From NCBI GenBank assembly GCA_944388305.1, contig CALXIG010000004.1:1-49966 (forward strand): a stretch of DNA of 49,966 nucleotides, read 5' to 3'. Source of the stretch: an uncultured Clostridia bacterium. Its GTDB lineage: Bacteria > Bacillota > Clostridia > Oscillospirales > Ruminococcaceae. Under the pieces are notes generated by a model that saw only the letters and a list, made by a program, of their open reading frames with translations, was not told where the DNA came from and ran no database searches. A program made the position numbers and the translations under genes. Each line of letters starts with the position of its first letter. Within the stretch, counting starts at the first letter, position 1. Shown one piece after another: positions 33,933 to 43,596 of the stretch.

Positions 33933-35603
33933 ATGAAGAATGTTCAGAAATACACCCGCGGCTACTTCCTTCCTCCCGAAACGCCGGAGCGGCCGCTCGG
34001 GAAATGGATGAAGCGGGACCACGTTGAAAAAGCGCCGGTCTGGTGCAGCGTGGACCTGCGGGACGGGAACCAGTCGCTGATGATCCCCATGAATCTGGAG
34101 GAAAAGCTGGAATTTTTCAAGCTCCTGTGCAAAATCGGCTTTCAGGAGATCGAGGTGGGCTTCCCCGCCGCCTCGGATACAGAGTATCATTTTTTGCGGG
34201 CCCTCATCGAGCAGGACCTCATCCCGGAGAATGTGACCATCCAGGTGCTCACCCAGGCCAGAGAGCACATCATCGAAAAGACCTTTGCAGCCCTGGAGGG
34301 ATGCAAAAAGGCCATCGTCCACCTGTATAACTCCACATCCCGGGCCCAGCGGGAGCAGGTCTTCCGCAAATCCAGAGAGGAGATCACCCGAATCGCAGTG
34401 GAAGGAGCGGAGCTTTTCGCCCGCCACGCGGAGAAATTCCCCGGCGAGCTGCGGTTTGAATACTCCCCCGAGAGCTTTACCGGCACCGAGCCGGAATACG
34501 CACTGGAGGTCTGCAACGCTGTTTTAGATGTCTGGAAACCCACGCCGGAGAAAAAGGCGATCATCAATCTGCCGGTGACGGTGGAGCTCTCCATGCCCCA
34601 TGTTTATGCCAATCAGGTGGAGTACATCTGCGAGAATATCAGCCGCCGGGACAGCGTCATCCTCTCTCTCCATCCTCACAACGACCGGGGCTGCGCCGTG
34701 GCCGACACCGAGATGGCCCTGCTGGCCGGGGCAGAGCGTGTGGAGGGGACTCTCTTCGGCAACGGCGAGCGCACCGGGAACGTGGATATCATTACCCTGG
34801 CCCTCAACATGTACGCGCAGGGGGTGGATCCGGGGCTTGACTTTTCCGACCTCCCCGCCATCACCGAACAGTACGAGGAGGTCACCCGGATGCACGTGGG
34901 CGAGCGCCAGCCCTACTCCGGCGCGCTGGTCTTCGCCGCCTTCTCCGGCTCCCATCAGGACGCTATCGCCAAAGGGCTCAAGTGGCGGGAGGAGACGCAC
35001 GACCCGCATTGGACAGTCCCCTATCTGCCCCTCGACCCGGCGGATGTGGGGCGGGAGTACCAGACCGACGTTATCCGCATCAACTCCCAGTCGGGCAAGG
35101 GCGGCATCGGTTACCTGCTGGAACACGGCTACGGCTACAACCTTCCCCCGAAAATGCGGGAGGATGTGGGTTATACCGTCAAGGGCGTTTCCGACCGGCT
35201 GCACAAGGAACTCACTCCCGACGAGGTGGCCGGGATTTTCCGCAGCCAGTACGTCAACTACTTCACCCCCATCGACGTGGTGGAGGCCCACTTCTCCCAG
35301 GTGGGCGGCCTTTCCACCGTCATCACCGTTCAGATCGGGGGGGAACGCCACATCTTTAAGGCCGCCGGCAACGGCCGCCTGGACGCCATCAGCAACGCGC
35401 TGAAGGCAAACCTCGGCCTCGACTACGAGATCGTCACCTACAACGAGCACGCCCTTCAGAAAGGTTCCAACGCGCAGGCCATCGCCTATGTGGCCATCCG
35501 CTATGACGGCGGAAAAATCAGCTGGGGCGCGGGCACCCACGAGGACATCATGTCCGCTTCGGTCAACGCGCTGGTCTCCGCCATCAACCGGCGGCAGCTC
35601 TGA
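33933..35603 (+). CDS. leuA: 2-isopropylmalate synthase (long LeuA type)
   Basis: ATG 33933: MKNVQKY..WCSVDLRDGNQS..EVGFPAAS..LHPHNDRGCAVA..GTLFGNGERTGN, plus a C-terminal LeuA dimerisation/regulatory domain. Confidence 0.92.
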   Translation: MKNVQKYTRGYFLPPETPERPLGKWMKRDHVEKAPVWCSVDLRDGNQSLMIPMNLEEKLEFFKLLCKIGFQEIEVGFPAASDTEYHFLRALIEQDLIPENVTIQVLTQAREHIIEKTFAALEGCKKAIVHLYNSTSRAQREQVFRKSREEITRIAVEGAELFARHAEKFPGELRFEYSPESFTGTEPEYALEVCNAVLDVWKPTPEKKAIINLPVTVELSMPHVYANQVEYICENISRRDSVILSLHPHNDRGCAVADTEMALLAGAERVEGTLFGNGERTGNVDIITLALNMYAQGVDPGLDFSDLPAITEQYEEVTRMHVGERQPYSGALVFAAFSGSHQDAIAKGLKWREETHDPHWTVPYLPLDPADVGREYQTDVIRINSQSGKGGIGYLLEHGYGYNLPPKMREDVGYTVKGVSDRLHKELTPDEVAGIFRSQYVNYFTPIDVVEAHFSQVGGLSTVITVQIGGERHIFKAAGNGRLDAISNALKANLGLDYEIVTYNEHALQKGSNAQAIAYVAIRYDGGKISWGAGTHEDIMSASVNALVSAINRRQL

Positions 35604-35621
35604 CAGAAAGGAAGGATTTGC

Positions 35622-36905
35622 ATGGGAATGACCATGACACAGAAAATTCTGGCAGCCCACGCGGGATTGCCCGAGGTGCGGGCAGGGCAGCTCATCCGGG
35701 CGAAGCTCGACCTCGTTCTGGGCAACGACATCACCTCCCCCGTGGCCATCAACGAGTTTGAAAAGGCGGGGTTTTCCTCCGTCTTTGACCGGGAGAAGAT
35801 CGCGATGGTGATGGACCATTTCGTTCCAAACAAGGATATCAGGGCGGCGGAACAGTGCAGGCAGTGCCGCGCCTTCGCCAGACGCTTTGACGTGACAAAT
35901 TATTTCGACGTGGGGGAAATGGGCGTCGAGCACGCCCTTTTGCCGGAAAAGGGGCTGGTGGGTCCCGGCGAGTGCGTCATCGGCGCCGACTCCCACACCT
36001 GCACCTACGGTGCGCTGGGCGCGTTCTCGACCGGCGTCGGCTCCACCGATATGGCGGCCGGCATGGCCACCGGGGAAGCGTGGTTCAAGGTCCCGGCAGC
36101 CATCCGCTTTGTGCTCGGCGGGAAACTCGCCCTACGTGTCTCCGGCAAGGACGTCATCCTCCACATCATCGGAAAAATCGGGGTGGACGGGGCCCTCTAC
36201 CGGTCGATGGAGTTCACCGGTCCGGGGCTTGCCTCCCTTTCGATGGACGACCGCCTCACCATCGCCAACATGGCGGTGGAGGCCGGGGCGAAAAACGGCA
36301 TCTTTGAGGTGGACGAGGTGACGATGTCCTACATGAAAGGCCGCGCGGACCGGAAATTTGCCGTTTATAAGGCGGACGCAGACGCTGTTTACGAGCAGAC
36401 TTTTGAGATTGACCTTTCGGCCATTGAGCCCACCGTCGCCTTCCCGCATCTGCCGGAAAACGCGAAGACCTTCTCTGAGATCGGGGAAGTGCCCATCGAC
36501 CAGGTGGTGATCGGTTCGTGCACCAACGGCCGTCTCTCCGACCTGGCCGCCGCCGCGGAAATTCTGGAAGGCCGCCATATTGCCAAAGGGGTGCGGGTCA
36601 TCGTCATCCCGGCTACCATGGCGGTCTATAAGGAAGCGATGAAGCGCGGGTACCTCGAGACCTTTATCGACGCCGGATGCGTCGTGTCCACCCCCACCTG
36701 CGGGCCCTGCCTGGGCGGGTATATGGGCATCCTGGCCGCCGGGGAACGCTGCGTCGCCACCACCAACCGCAATTTTGTCGGCCGGATGGGCCATGTGGAT
36801 TCGGAGGTGTACCTGGCGAGCCCCGCCGTGGCCGCCGCCTCCGCCGTCATGGGGAAAATCGCCGATCCGCGGGTTCTGATGGGGGAAAAGGAGGAATCAA
36901 AATGA
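35622..36905 (+). CDS. leuC: 3-isopropylmalate dehydratase large subunit
   Basis: [44 protein letters not shown] (aconitase-family Cys ligands). Confidence 0.92.
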   Translation: MGMTMTQKILAAHAGLPEVRAGQLIRAKLDLVLGNDITSPVAINEFEKAGFSSVFDREKIAMVMDHFVPNKDIRAAEQCRQCRAFARRFDVTNYFDVGEMGVEHALLPEKGLVGPGECVIGADSHTCTYGALGAFSTGVGSTDMAAGMATGEAWFKVPAAIRFVLGGKLALRVSGKDVILHIIGKIGVDGALYRSMEFTGPGLASLSMDDRLTIANMAVEAGAKNGIFEVDEVTMSYMKGRADRKFAVYKADADAVYEQTFEIDLSAIEPTVAFPHLPENAKTFSEIGEVPIDQVVIGSCTNGRLSDLAAAAEILEGRHIAKGVRVIVIPATMAVYKEAMKRGYLETFIDAGCVVSTPTCGPCLGGYMGILAAGERCVATTNRNFVGRMGHVDSEVYLASPAVAAASAVMGKIADPRVLMGEKEESK

Positions 36906-37384
36906 ACGTAAAAGGTTTTGCGCACAAATACGGGGACAATGTGGACACCGACGTCATCATCCCCGCCCGGTACTTAAACACCGCTGACCCGAAGGAGCTG
37001 GCGGTTCACTGCATGGAGGACATCGACCCGGATTTCCGCAAAAAACTCGCCCCCGGCGACCTCATCGTGGGGGGGATGAATTTCGGTTGCGGCTCTTCCC
37101 GGGAACACGCTCCCATGGCTATCCGGGCGTCCGGCGTCTCCTGCGTGATCGCAGGGAGCTTCGCCCGCATCTTTTACCGCAATTCCATCAACATCGGACT
37201 GCCCATTCTGGAATGCCCCGAAGCGAGCGCGAAAATCGAGGACGGCGACGAGGTGGCGGTCGATTTCAACACCGGCGTCATCCAAAATCTCACCAAGAAC
37301 GAGCAGTATCAGGCTGAACCTTTTCCGCACTTCATCAGGGAGATCATCCAAAAAGGCGGGCTCCTGAAGGCTATCGGCAGATAG
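36902..37384 (+). CDS. leuD: 3-isopropylmalate dehydratase small subunit
   Basis: ATG 36902 overlaps the leuC TGA (ATGA). The sequence is [40 protein letters not shown]. Confidence 0.92.
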   Translation: MNVKGFAHKYGDNVDTDVIIPARYLNTADPKELAVHCMEDIDPDFRKKLAPGDLIVGGMNFGCGSSREHAPMAIRASGVSCVIAGSFARIFYRNSINIGLPILECPEASAKIEDGDEVAVDFNTGVIQNLTKNEQYQAEPFPHFIREIIQKGGLLKAIGR

Positions 37385-37393
37385 GGGGCGTTT

Positions 37394-38467
37394 ATGGAAA
37401 AGACCATCACCGTCATCCGCGGCGACGGCATCGGCCCGGAAATCATCGGGCAGGCGCTTCGGGTCCTGCGGAAAATTGAGGAGACCTCCGGCTGCACGTT
37501 CCACTTCCAGGAAGCCCTGGCGGGCGGCTGCGCCATCGACGCCTGCGGGACCTCCCTGCCGGAGGAGACGCTGCAAAAGTGCTTAAACTGCGATAGTGTG
37601 CTGCTGGGGGCGGTGGGCGGCCCCAAATGGGACGGCGTCCCAAAGGAGATCCGCCCGGAAGCGGCGCTGCTGGGACTGCGCGCGGCCATGGGGCTTTATG
37701 CGAATCTCCGCCCGGCCCGGCTCTTTCCCCAGCTTGCGGCGGCGTCCCCCCTGAGAGCGGAGATTGCAGAGCGGGGCGTGGACCTCATGATGGTCCGGGA
37801 GCTGACCGGCGGGGTCTATTTCGGCGAGCACCGCACCGGCATCGAAAACGGCGGGCTGACCGCCCATGACGACATGGTTTATACGGAGCGTGAAATTGAG
37901 CGCATCGTTCGCCGGGGGTTCGAGACCGCCCGGAAACGCTCCCGCCGCCTCACCTCGGTGGATAAGGCAAACGTCCTCGACACTTCCCGCCTCTGGCGGA
38001 AGGTCGCTCACCGGGTGGCGGAGGCGTACCCCGATGTGGCGTTTTCCGACCTTCTGGTGGACAACGCCGCCATGCAGCTGGTCAAAGACCCCGCCCAGTT
38101 CGACGTCATCGTCACCGAAAACCTCTTCGGGGACATTTTGTCCGACGAGGCGAGCATGATTACCGGCTCGATTGGAATGATGGCTTCCGCCTCGCTGGGG
38201 GACGGGCCGCGCGGGATGTACGAGCCCATCCACGGCTCCGCGCCGGACATCGCCGGAAAGGACCTGGCAAACCCCGTCGGAACCATTCTCTCCGCCGCAA
38301 TGATGCTCCGGTACTCCTTCGGCATGGCCGGGGAGGCGGACCGCATCGAACGGGCGGTCAGTGCCGTCCTCGACGCCGGATACCGCACCGCTGACTGCAT
38401 GAGCGTGGGCTGCACCCGGCTCACCTGCTCGGAGATGGGGGAGCGCATTCTGCGGGAGCTTTGCTGA
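37394..38467 (+). CDS. leuB: 3-isopropylmalate dehydrogenase
   Basis: [67 protein letters not shown]. Confidence 0.93.
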   Translation: MEKTITVIRGDGIGPEIIGQALRVLRKIEETSGCTFHFQEALAGGCAIDACGTSLPEETLQKCLNCDSVLLGAVGGPKWDGVPKEIRPEAALLGLRAAMGLYANLRPARLFPQLAAASPLRAEIAERGVDLMMVRELTGGVYFGEHRTGIENGGLTAHDDMVYTEREIERIVRRGFETARKRSRRLTSVDKANVLDTSRLWRKVAHRVAEAYPDVAFSDLLVDNAAMQLVKDPAQFDVIVTENLFGDILSDEASMITGSIGMMASASLGDGPRGMYEPIHGSAPDIAGKDLANPVGTILSAAMMLRYSFGMAGEADRIERAVSAVLDAGYRTADCMSVGCTRLTCSEMGERILRELC

Positions 38468-38504
38468 TTTTTGCGGAAAATTCCGGCTTTTTCCGCGCTG
38501 CCCC

Positions 38505-38533
38505 TTGACAAACGGGGCCGCATCCGCTATAAT
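38505..38533 (+). promoter_or_regulatory. Consensus sigma-A promoter driving the cobalamin riboswitch
   Basis: TTGACA (38505-38510), exactly 17 nt, TATAAT (38528-38533). Confidence 0.75.
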
Positions 38534-38554
38534 AAAATCAAATTGAATGACAGA

Positions 38555-38737
38555 TTGCAGATTTTGTGCCGCCGTGCATCTGCCGGCGCACAGGAAGCCG
38601 GGTGCAAATCCCGCACAGGAACGCTGCTGTAAGGATGGAGCGGTTTTTCACGGACAGGATTTCCTGTCCAGTCACTGGAAGCTTTTCCGGGAAGGCGAAA
38701 AACTGGCGATGAGAGCCGAGTCAGAATACATCTGCAT
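38555..38737 (+). promoter_or_regulatory. Cobalamin (B12) riboswitch aptamer
   Basis: P1 is TTGCAGAT (38555-38562) paired with ATCTGCA (38730-38736). The core is AGGAAGCCGGGTGCAAATCCCGCACAGGAACGCTGCTGTAAGG, then AGTCACTGG..N..GGGAAGGCG, and a B12-box-like AGTCAGAATACATCTGCA. This order matches my recollection of the RF00174 consensus. Confidence 0.85.
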
Positions 38738-38829
38738 GAAGAAGACCTGTTCACTTCGGACTCAAGGGGAACGGACTGGTACCTGTACGGATTTTTTGTC
38801 CGGCGGGTGCTTTTGCGGCAGTTTTTTCC

Positions 38830-38862
38830 GCGCGGACCTTTTGACCGGTCCGCGCTTTTTTT
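38830..38862 (+). terminator. Intrinsic terminator of the riboswitch expression platform
   Basis: GCGCGGACC (38830-38838), TTTTGACC loop, GGTCCGCGC (38847-38855), followed by TTTTTTT. The 5' arm can alternatively pair with GTCCGGCGG (38798-38806). Confidence 0.85.
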
Positions 38863-38897
38863 GCCAACTCAATCCAATTTCATATACCTCCGACCTT

Positions 38898-38932
38898 CAA
38901 AACCCTGCCGACCTCCAACCGGCGGGGTTTTG
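38898..38932. other. Isolated 13-bp hairpin between the riboswitch terminator and purC
   Basis: CAAAACCCTGCCG, 9-nt loop, CGGCGGGGTTTTG (one G-U pair). There is no U-tract on the plus strand. Confidence 0.5.
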
Positions 38933-39008
38933 AACTGGAAAACGGATTTTTCCCCGAAACATCACAAAAAACTGCGCGGAAAGGGCCGAAATTTTTCCGA
39001 TGGAAAAC

Positions 39009-39037
39009 TATACAACCGGATGGAATTGTGCTATAAT
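39009..39037 (+). promoter_or_regulatory. Candidate purC promoter
   Basis: TATACA (39009-39014), 17 nt, TGc-TATAAT (39032-39037, extended -10). Confidence 0.5.
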
Positions 39038-39106
39038 AATTGGGTAATCGGTTTTCCACTGGCCCCCCGCCGACCGGCCGGGGATGTTGTATTTTGGAGG
39101 ATGTTT

Positions 39107-39784
39107 ATGAAAAAAGTGTACACCGGCAAAACCAAAGACGTTTTTGAGCTCGACAACGGCAACTACCAGCTCCTCTTTAAGGATGACTGCACCGGCACCG
39201 ACGGCGTTTTCGATCCCGGCGCGAACACGGTCGGCCTGCAGATCGAGGGCATCGGCCGCGAGAACCTGAAGGTTTCCGTCTACTTCTTTGAAATCCTCAA
39301 AAAGGCCGGCATCAAAACCCACTATGTCGGCGCCGACATCGACAAAGCGACGATGGAAGTTCTCCCCGCCAAGGTCTTCGGCCACGGCCTCGAGGTGATC
39401 TGCCGTTACCGCGCGGTCGGCAGCTTCTTCCGCCGCTACGGCGACTACATTGAGGAGGGCGCGCCGCTCGACGCCTATGTGGAGACCACCTTTAAGAACG
39501 ACGACCTGGGCGACCCGCTCGTCACTCCCGACGGCCTCGCTTACCTCGGCGTCATGACCCTCGCGCAGTACGCCGAAATGAAGGAAATGACCCAGAAGAT
39601 CTCCGGCATTGTCCGCGACACCCTTAAGGAAAAAGGCCTCGATCTCTACGATATCAAGTTCGAGTTCGGCTACCATGACGGCCAGGTCATCCTCATCGAC
39701 GAGATCGCTTCCGGCAATATGCGCGTCTACAAGGACGGCGAGATTGTCGAGCCTGTCGAGCTGACCAAGCTCATTCTCGCGTAA
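39107..39784 (+). CDS. purC: Phosphoribosylaminoimidazole-succinocarboxamide (SAICAR) synthase
   Basis: ATG 39107 follows GGAGG. The sequence is [27 protein letters not shown]-type nucleotide-binding pattern..DIKFEFG..ILIDEI. The track ORF from 38807 is a 5' over-extension. Confidence 0.9.
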   Translation: MKKVYTGKTKDVFELDNGNYQLLFKDDCTGTDGVFDPGANTVGLQIEGIGRENLKVSVYFFEILKKAGIKTHYVGADIDKATMEVLPAKVFGHGLEVICRYRAVGSFFRRYGDYIEEGAPLDAYVETTFKNDDLGDPLVTPDGLAYLGVMTLAQYAEMKEMTQKISGIVRDTLKEKGLDLYDIKFEFGYHDGQVILIDEIASGNMRVYKDGEIVEPVELTKLILA

Positions 39785-39800
39785 ATTTCCACAGCAAATC

Positions 39801-39840
39801 AAACAGGAGGCCGCCGCGGTCTCCTGTTTTGCGTTATTTC
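39801..39840 (+). terminator. Terminator after purC
   Basis: AAACAGGAG (39801-39809), 11-nt loop, CTCCTGTTT (39821-39829), followed by TGCGTTATTTC. Confidence 0.65.
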
Positions 39841-39860
39841 TCTGTTTTCTGGAAAGGGGC

Positions 39861-40619
39861 ATGATGATGCAGCCAAAACTTCTGGAGTGCTGCGTGGATT
39901 CGGTCGAGTCGGCCGTGATCGCGGCGGAAAACGGCGCAGACCGTCTGGAACTCTGTGCCAATCTCGTCATCGGCGGAACTTCCCCCAGCCCGGCTCTCTT
40001 TCAGGAGGTGCAAAAGCGGGTGAAAGTCCCCGTTCGGGTGCTGCTGCGGCCCCGGTTCGGCGATTTCCTCTACACCGGGGCGGAGTTTGCCGTCCTCCGG
40101 CAGGAGGTTCGGCTCTTTCGGGAGCTGGGCGCGGATGGGCTGGTTTTCGGCTGCCTGACGGCGGAGGGGGCGCTCGATCGGGAGCGGCTGGCCGTCCTCA
40201 TGGAGGAGGCGGGCCCCCTGCCTGTCACCCTGCACCGGGCGTTTGATCTCTGCGCCGACCCCTTCGCGGCCCTGGAAACGGCGCGGGAGCTGGGAATCGG
40301 CACCATTCTCACCTCGGGGCAGGCGGCTTCCTGTCTGGCCGGCAGGGAGCTGCTCGCCGCGCTTTGCCGGAAGGCGGAGGAGATCACCATCCTCGCGGGA
40401 GCCGGGGTGGACGCCGCGGCGATTGCCGCGTTGCTGGGCGGGACGCCGGTGCGGGCTTTCCACATGTCCGGCAAGGAGGTGCTGAAAAGCGGGATGCGGT
40501 TCCGGCGGGAGGGCGTGCCGATGGGCCTGCCCGGAATGAGCGAGTACAGCCTCTGGCGGACCAGTCCCGCCGCCGTCCGTGCGGCGCGGAGGGCGCTGGA
40601 CGCAGGACGGGACGCGTAA
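39861..40619 (+). CDS. cutC: CutC family (copper homeostasis) TIM-barrel protein
   Basis: LECCVDSVESAVIAAENGADRLELC..GGTSPS..VLLRPRFGDFLY..VFGCL..HRAFD..ILTSGQ. Confidence 0.85.
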   Translation: MMMQPKLLECCVDSVESAVIAAENGADRLELCANLVIGGTSPSPALFQEVQKRVKVPVRVLLRPRFGDFLYTGAEFAVLRQEVRLFRELGADGLVFGCLTAEGALDRERLAVLMEEAGPLPVTLHRAFDLCADPFAALETARELGIGTILTSGQAASCLAGRELLAALCRKAEEITILAGAGVDAAAIAALLGGTPVRAFHMSGKEVLKSGMRFRREGVPMGLPGMSEYSLWRTSPAAVRAARRALDAGRDA

Positions 40620-40623
40620 AGAG

Positions 40624-40656
40624 CCGGAATCGGGGCAGTTCATTTCAACCCTGCGG
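40624..40656 (+). repeat. Possible degenerate fourth copy of the stop-codon-adjacent repeat
   Basis: CCGGAATCGGGGCAGTTCATTTCAACCCTGCGG starts 5 nt after the cutC TAA. It shares CCGGAAT and 13/16 positions of CATTTCAGCTCCGCGG with copy C. Confidence 0.35.
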
Positions 40657-40720
40657 CTTTTGCGCATAACCGGCGAAAAACCGGCGATACTAAGGGCAAA
40701 ACCGCTGAGGAGGATTTGCC

Positions 40721-40930
40721 ATGAATCAGAAGCACCAGATCACCATTACGACCCGGGACCGGCTGCTGCGCGGGTGGGAAAATTCGATGGAGCTCGTCCG
40801 GGATTTCGAGAGTTATGCCCACGAGATCCGGGATGACCGGCAGGTTTCCGAGCTCTTTGCGCGCTTTGCCGAGGAGGAGGGGGTCCATGCGGCTAAATTC
40901 CACGAGATGCTGCACGGCTACGACGCATGA
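40721..40930 (+). CDS. Small hypothetical helical protein (69 aa) with a ferritin/rubrerythrin-like ExxH word
   Basis: Strong RBS GAGGAGG 7 nt upstream of the ATG. FAEEEGVHAAKFHEML resembles a single diiron-site helix. No family assigned. Confidence 0.55.
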   Translation: MNQKHQITITTRDRLLRGWENSMELVRDFESYAHEIRDDRQVSELFARFAEEEGVHAAKFHEMLHGYDA

Positions 40931-41070
40931 CCTGTGCCCAGGCCGGACAATGACGCCGCGGCCGCAGTGCGCTGGTCCGGCTGCCGGAACGGCCTGACAG
41001 GCGGGAAGTCCCCGGGGAAGACCTCCCGCGCCTGCAATCGCAATCTTTAAAAATATAACATGCCGGCACC

Positions 41071-41104
41071 GGTGGGCGGAGACTTCCGCCCGCCTTTTCT
41101 TTTT
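41071..41104. terminator. Terminator shared by the small ORF (+) and dpaB (-)
   Basis: GGTGGGCGGA (41071-41080), GACT loop, TCCGCCCGCC (41085-41094), followed by TTTTCTTTTT. It abuts the dpaB stop codon. Confidence 0.7.
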
Positions 41105-41681
41105 ACACGCAGAGCAGCGGCTGGAGCTGCTCCCCGCGGAGAGCGGCTTCGAGCGCCGCCGGGATGCGGGTGAAATCCGCCACCAGCGAGGTGGGCTTGC
41201 GGAAGGGATCGTCCTGCCGGAAGGGGACAAAGTAGTAGTGCCGCCGGTTGAGCAGCGCGCCCAGGTTGGCGGCGCTTCCCGAGAGGGCGTCGTTTGTCGA
41301 GATGGCGAGGACGACCGGCTTGCCGCCGCGCAAATGGCTTTTCACCGCCATGGTGACGCAGTTGTCGGTGATGCCGTTTGCGAGCTTGGCGGCGGTGTTG
41401 CCGGTACAGGGCGCGACCAGCATGATGTCGGTCAGATTTTTGGGGCCGACCGGCTCGGCGCCGGGAATGTCAAGAATGGCCGGCCGGCCGCTCAGCTCCT
41501 CAATTTTGCGGAGAAAATCGGCCGCCCGTCCGAAGCGGGTGTCGGTCGAGGCCGCAGCGGGGGAGAGGATGGGGAGAATCTCGTAGCCGGCCTCCCGGCA
41601 GGCGGCCATGCTTTCGAGCATTTTGGAAAAGGTACAGAAGGAACCGGTGACAGCGAAGCCCAGGCGGATCGGGTCACGCAT
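41103..41681 (-). CDS. spoVFB: Dipicolinate synthase subunit B (SpoVFB, flavoprotein family)
   Basis: GFAVTGSFCTF..ILPILS..VAPCTGNTAAKLANGITD..VLAISTNDALS..YYFVPFRQDD. Confidence 0.9.
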   Translation of the reverse strand: MRDPIRLGFAVTGSFCTFSKMLESMAACREAGYEILPILSPAAASTDTRFGRAADFLRKIEELSGRPAILDIPGAEPVGPKNLTDIMLVAPCTGNTAAKLANGITDNCVTMAVKSHLRGGKPVVLAISTNDALSGSAANLGALLNRRHYYFVPFRQDDPFRKPTSLVADFTRIPAALEAALRGEQLQPLLCV

Positions 41682-42558
41682 ACACGCACCCCCTTTCGGC
41701 CAGGATGTTGCCGATGGTTTTGTCGATGATGGCGGCGGCCGTGACCGGTGCGGTTTTGCCGGGAAGCGAAAGCGCGTGAATGGCCCGCAGCCCCAGCTCC
41801 CCGGCGACCGCGTAGTCGATTCCGCCCGGGGCGGAGGCGAGGTCGAGCAGCAGGGTGTCGCAGTCGAGCAGAGAGAGCTCTCTTTCTCCGAAAATCCGGG
41901 CTGGGATGGTATTGAGGATCACCCGGTACCGGGGGAGCATCCGCTCCATACAGTTGAGCGGCAGGCAGTGCGCGCCGTATGCCTCGGCCCAGGCCAGGTC
42001 GCGGCAGCTGCGGGCAGCGACCGTCACCTGCGCCCCGGCCCCGGCGAATACGCGGTGGCAGAGCCGGGCGACCTTGCCGTAGCCGGTGATAAGCACCCGC
42101 TGGCCGTTCAGCGCGGCAGGCAGCTCCTCGAGAACGATCTGCAAGGCGCCTTCGGCGGTGGGTACGGCGTTTAAGACGGCGAATTCTTCCCGCCTGAGAT
42201 AGTCGGCAAAGTCCAGCCCCCGCTCCTCGCAGGCGAGCAGGAGCGCCTCATCCGCCTTGCCGCCCAGAACAAGTGCTCCTTTGCGGCAGAGGTCGAGGAG
42301 GTGGGAAAGCAGCAGCTTTTCGCGGGTGAGCGGTGCGTTCAGCGTCAGGCCGTTTTGGGTGACCGGCATGGGGAGCACCAGCACGTCAGGCGCGTCCTTG
42401 AGCTCGCTTAAGGAGAGAAGGCGGGTGACGTGCTCCGAAAACTCCGCGCCGCTGTCGAACCCGATGGCGCAGACCGTCCCCCGCTCGGCCAGCAGGTTGG
42501 CGAGGTGGATGTAACGGGAATCGCCGCCCGCGACCAGATACAGTTTGTTAGGATACAT
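41674..42558 (-). CDS. spoVFA: Dipicolinate synthase subunit A (SpoVFA)
   Basis: YLVAGGDSRYIHLANLL..NAVPTAEGALQ..VLITGYGKVARLCHRVFAGAGAQVTVAAR (Rossmann GxGxxA)..DLASAPGGIDY. Overlaps subunit B by 8 nt. Confidence 0.9.
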   Translation of the reverse strand: MYPNKLYLVAGGDSRYIHLANLLAERGTVCAIGFDSGAEFSEHVTRLLSLSELKDAPDVLVLPMPVTQNGLTLNAPLTREKLLLSHLLDLCRKGALVLGGKADEALLLACEERGLDFADYLRREEFAVLNAVPTAEGALQIVLEELPAALNGQRVLITGYGKVARLCHRVFAGAGAQVTVAARSCRDLAWAEAYGAHCLPLNCMERMLPRYRVILNTIPARIFGERELSLLDCDTLLLDLASAPGGIDYAVAGELGLRAIHALSLPGKTAPVTAAAIIDKTIGNILAERGCVYA

Positions 42559-42592
42559 GGCAAACCCTCCGTTTTCATAGCATCGGATACCC

Positions 42593-42601
42593 TATCTTAT
42601 G
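42593..42601 (-). promoter_or_regulatory. SigK-like -10 element upstream of spoVFA
   Basis: The minus strand reads CATAAGATA, which matches the mother-cell SigK -10 consensus CATAnnnTA. It lies about 35 nt upstream of the ATG, with an AC-containing -35 region. Confidence 0.4.
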
Positions 42602-42683
42602 AAGCGGCAGGTGGTTTGGTGCCGCGGCGCAGTCCGCGGACTTCAGCTGCAATATTTACAATCTTTTCTGCAAGGAAACACTA

Positions 42684-42712
42684 TTGCACATTCCTTTAAA
42701 ATGCGGTATCAT
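42684..42712 (+). promoter_or_regulatory. Sigma-A promoter for the isomerase-oxidoreductase pair
   Basis: TTGCAC (42684-42689), 17 nt, TATCAT (42707-42712). Confidence 0.55.
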
Positions 42713-42765
42713 AAAGATAAGAATTGGTAAAATTCACTGTATTCTCATGTCAGGGGGAGATTATT

Positions 42766-43527
42766 ATGAAACTCGGTGCACAGCTTTTTACCGTTCGGGA
42801 GTATACCCGGACGCTGGATGACTTTGCGGAAACGCTCAAAAAAGTTGCCGATATCGGTTATGATACCGTCCAGGTCTCCGGCACCTGTGCCTTTGAGGCG
42901 GAGTGGCTGAAGGAACAGCTCGATAAGAACGGCCTGGTCTGTGCCATTACCCACACGCCGCCCGACCGCATCCGCAACGAGACCGAAAAGGTCATCGAAG
43001 AACATCGGATTTTCGGCTGTAACTACATTGGCCTGGGTGCGATTCCCGGTGAGCTGCGGCACAACCCCGCCGGGCTGGAGGCGTTCGTCGAGATGTTCGC
43101 GCCCGCCGCGAAAAAAATCAGCGAAGCCGGCCTGAAGTTCATGTACCACAACCACGGCTTTGAGTTTGAAAAGGCAAACGGCGTCACCCTTCTCGAGCGG
43201 ATCGCCAACGCTTTCCCGGTGGACCAGCTGGGCTTCACGCTCGACAGCTACTGGGTTCAGTACGGCGGCGGCGACCCCGCAGCCTGGATTGAAAAACTGA
43301 ACGGCCGGGTCGAGTGCATCCATCTCAAGGACATGAAATTTGTCAATGACAAGCAGCAGATGGCCTACATCGGCGAAGGCAACATCAACTTCGACCGCTA
43401 CCTCGCTGCCTGCGAGAAATCCGGCACCAAATACGCGCTGGTCGAGCAGGACGACTGCCAGGGCCGCGACCCCTTCTTCTGCCTGAAAAAGAGCTACGAG
43501 TATCTCACTTCGCTCGGACTCAAATAA
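42766..43527 (+). CDS. Sugar phosphate isomerase/epimerase (xylose-isomerase-like TIM barrel)
   Basis: ATG 42766 follows GGGGGAG. The sequence is MKLGAQLFTVRE..GYDTVQVSG..YHNHGFEF..LDSYW..IHLKD..VEQD. Confidence 0.85.
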   Translation: MKLGAQLFTVREYTRTLDDFAETLKKVADIGYDTVQVSGTCAFEAEWLKEQLDKNGLVCAITHTPPDRIRNETEKVIEEHRIFGCNYIGLGAIPGELRHNPAGLEAFVEMFAPAAKKISEAGLKFMYHNHGFEFEKANGVTLLERIANAFPVDQLGFTLDSYWVQYGGGDPAAWIEKLNGRVECIHLKDMKFVNDKQQMAYIGEGNINFDRYLAACEKSGTKYALVEQDDCQGRDPFFCLKKSYEYLTSLGLK

Positions 43528-43596
43528 GCGCTTTTTTCCCGTATCCCCTTCGCCGCGGAACCGCGCGGGCGAAATTCATATTAGAAAGAACGGAGA

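Noticed and set aside
38547-38933. 128-aa ORF (and an internal Cys-rich 74-aa version starting at 38709) downstream of leuB.
   Set aside because: It has no convincing RBS. It runs through the cobalamin aptamer, the antiterminator and the T7 terminator. The sequence is explained far better as RNA structure.
39038-39106. A purine or ZTP riboswitch in the purC leader.
   Set aside because: The leader is only about 65 nt. It lacks the conserved purine-aptamer loops and the ZTP GGGUCGUGACUGGCG / CCGCCUGGGCA words. I found only a short GC hairpin followed by TGTTGTATTTT.
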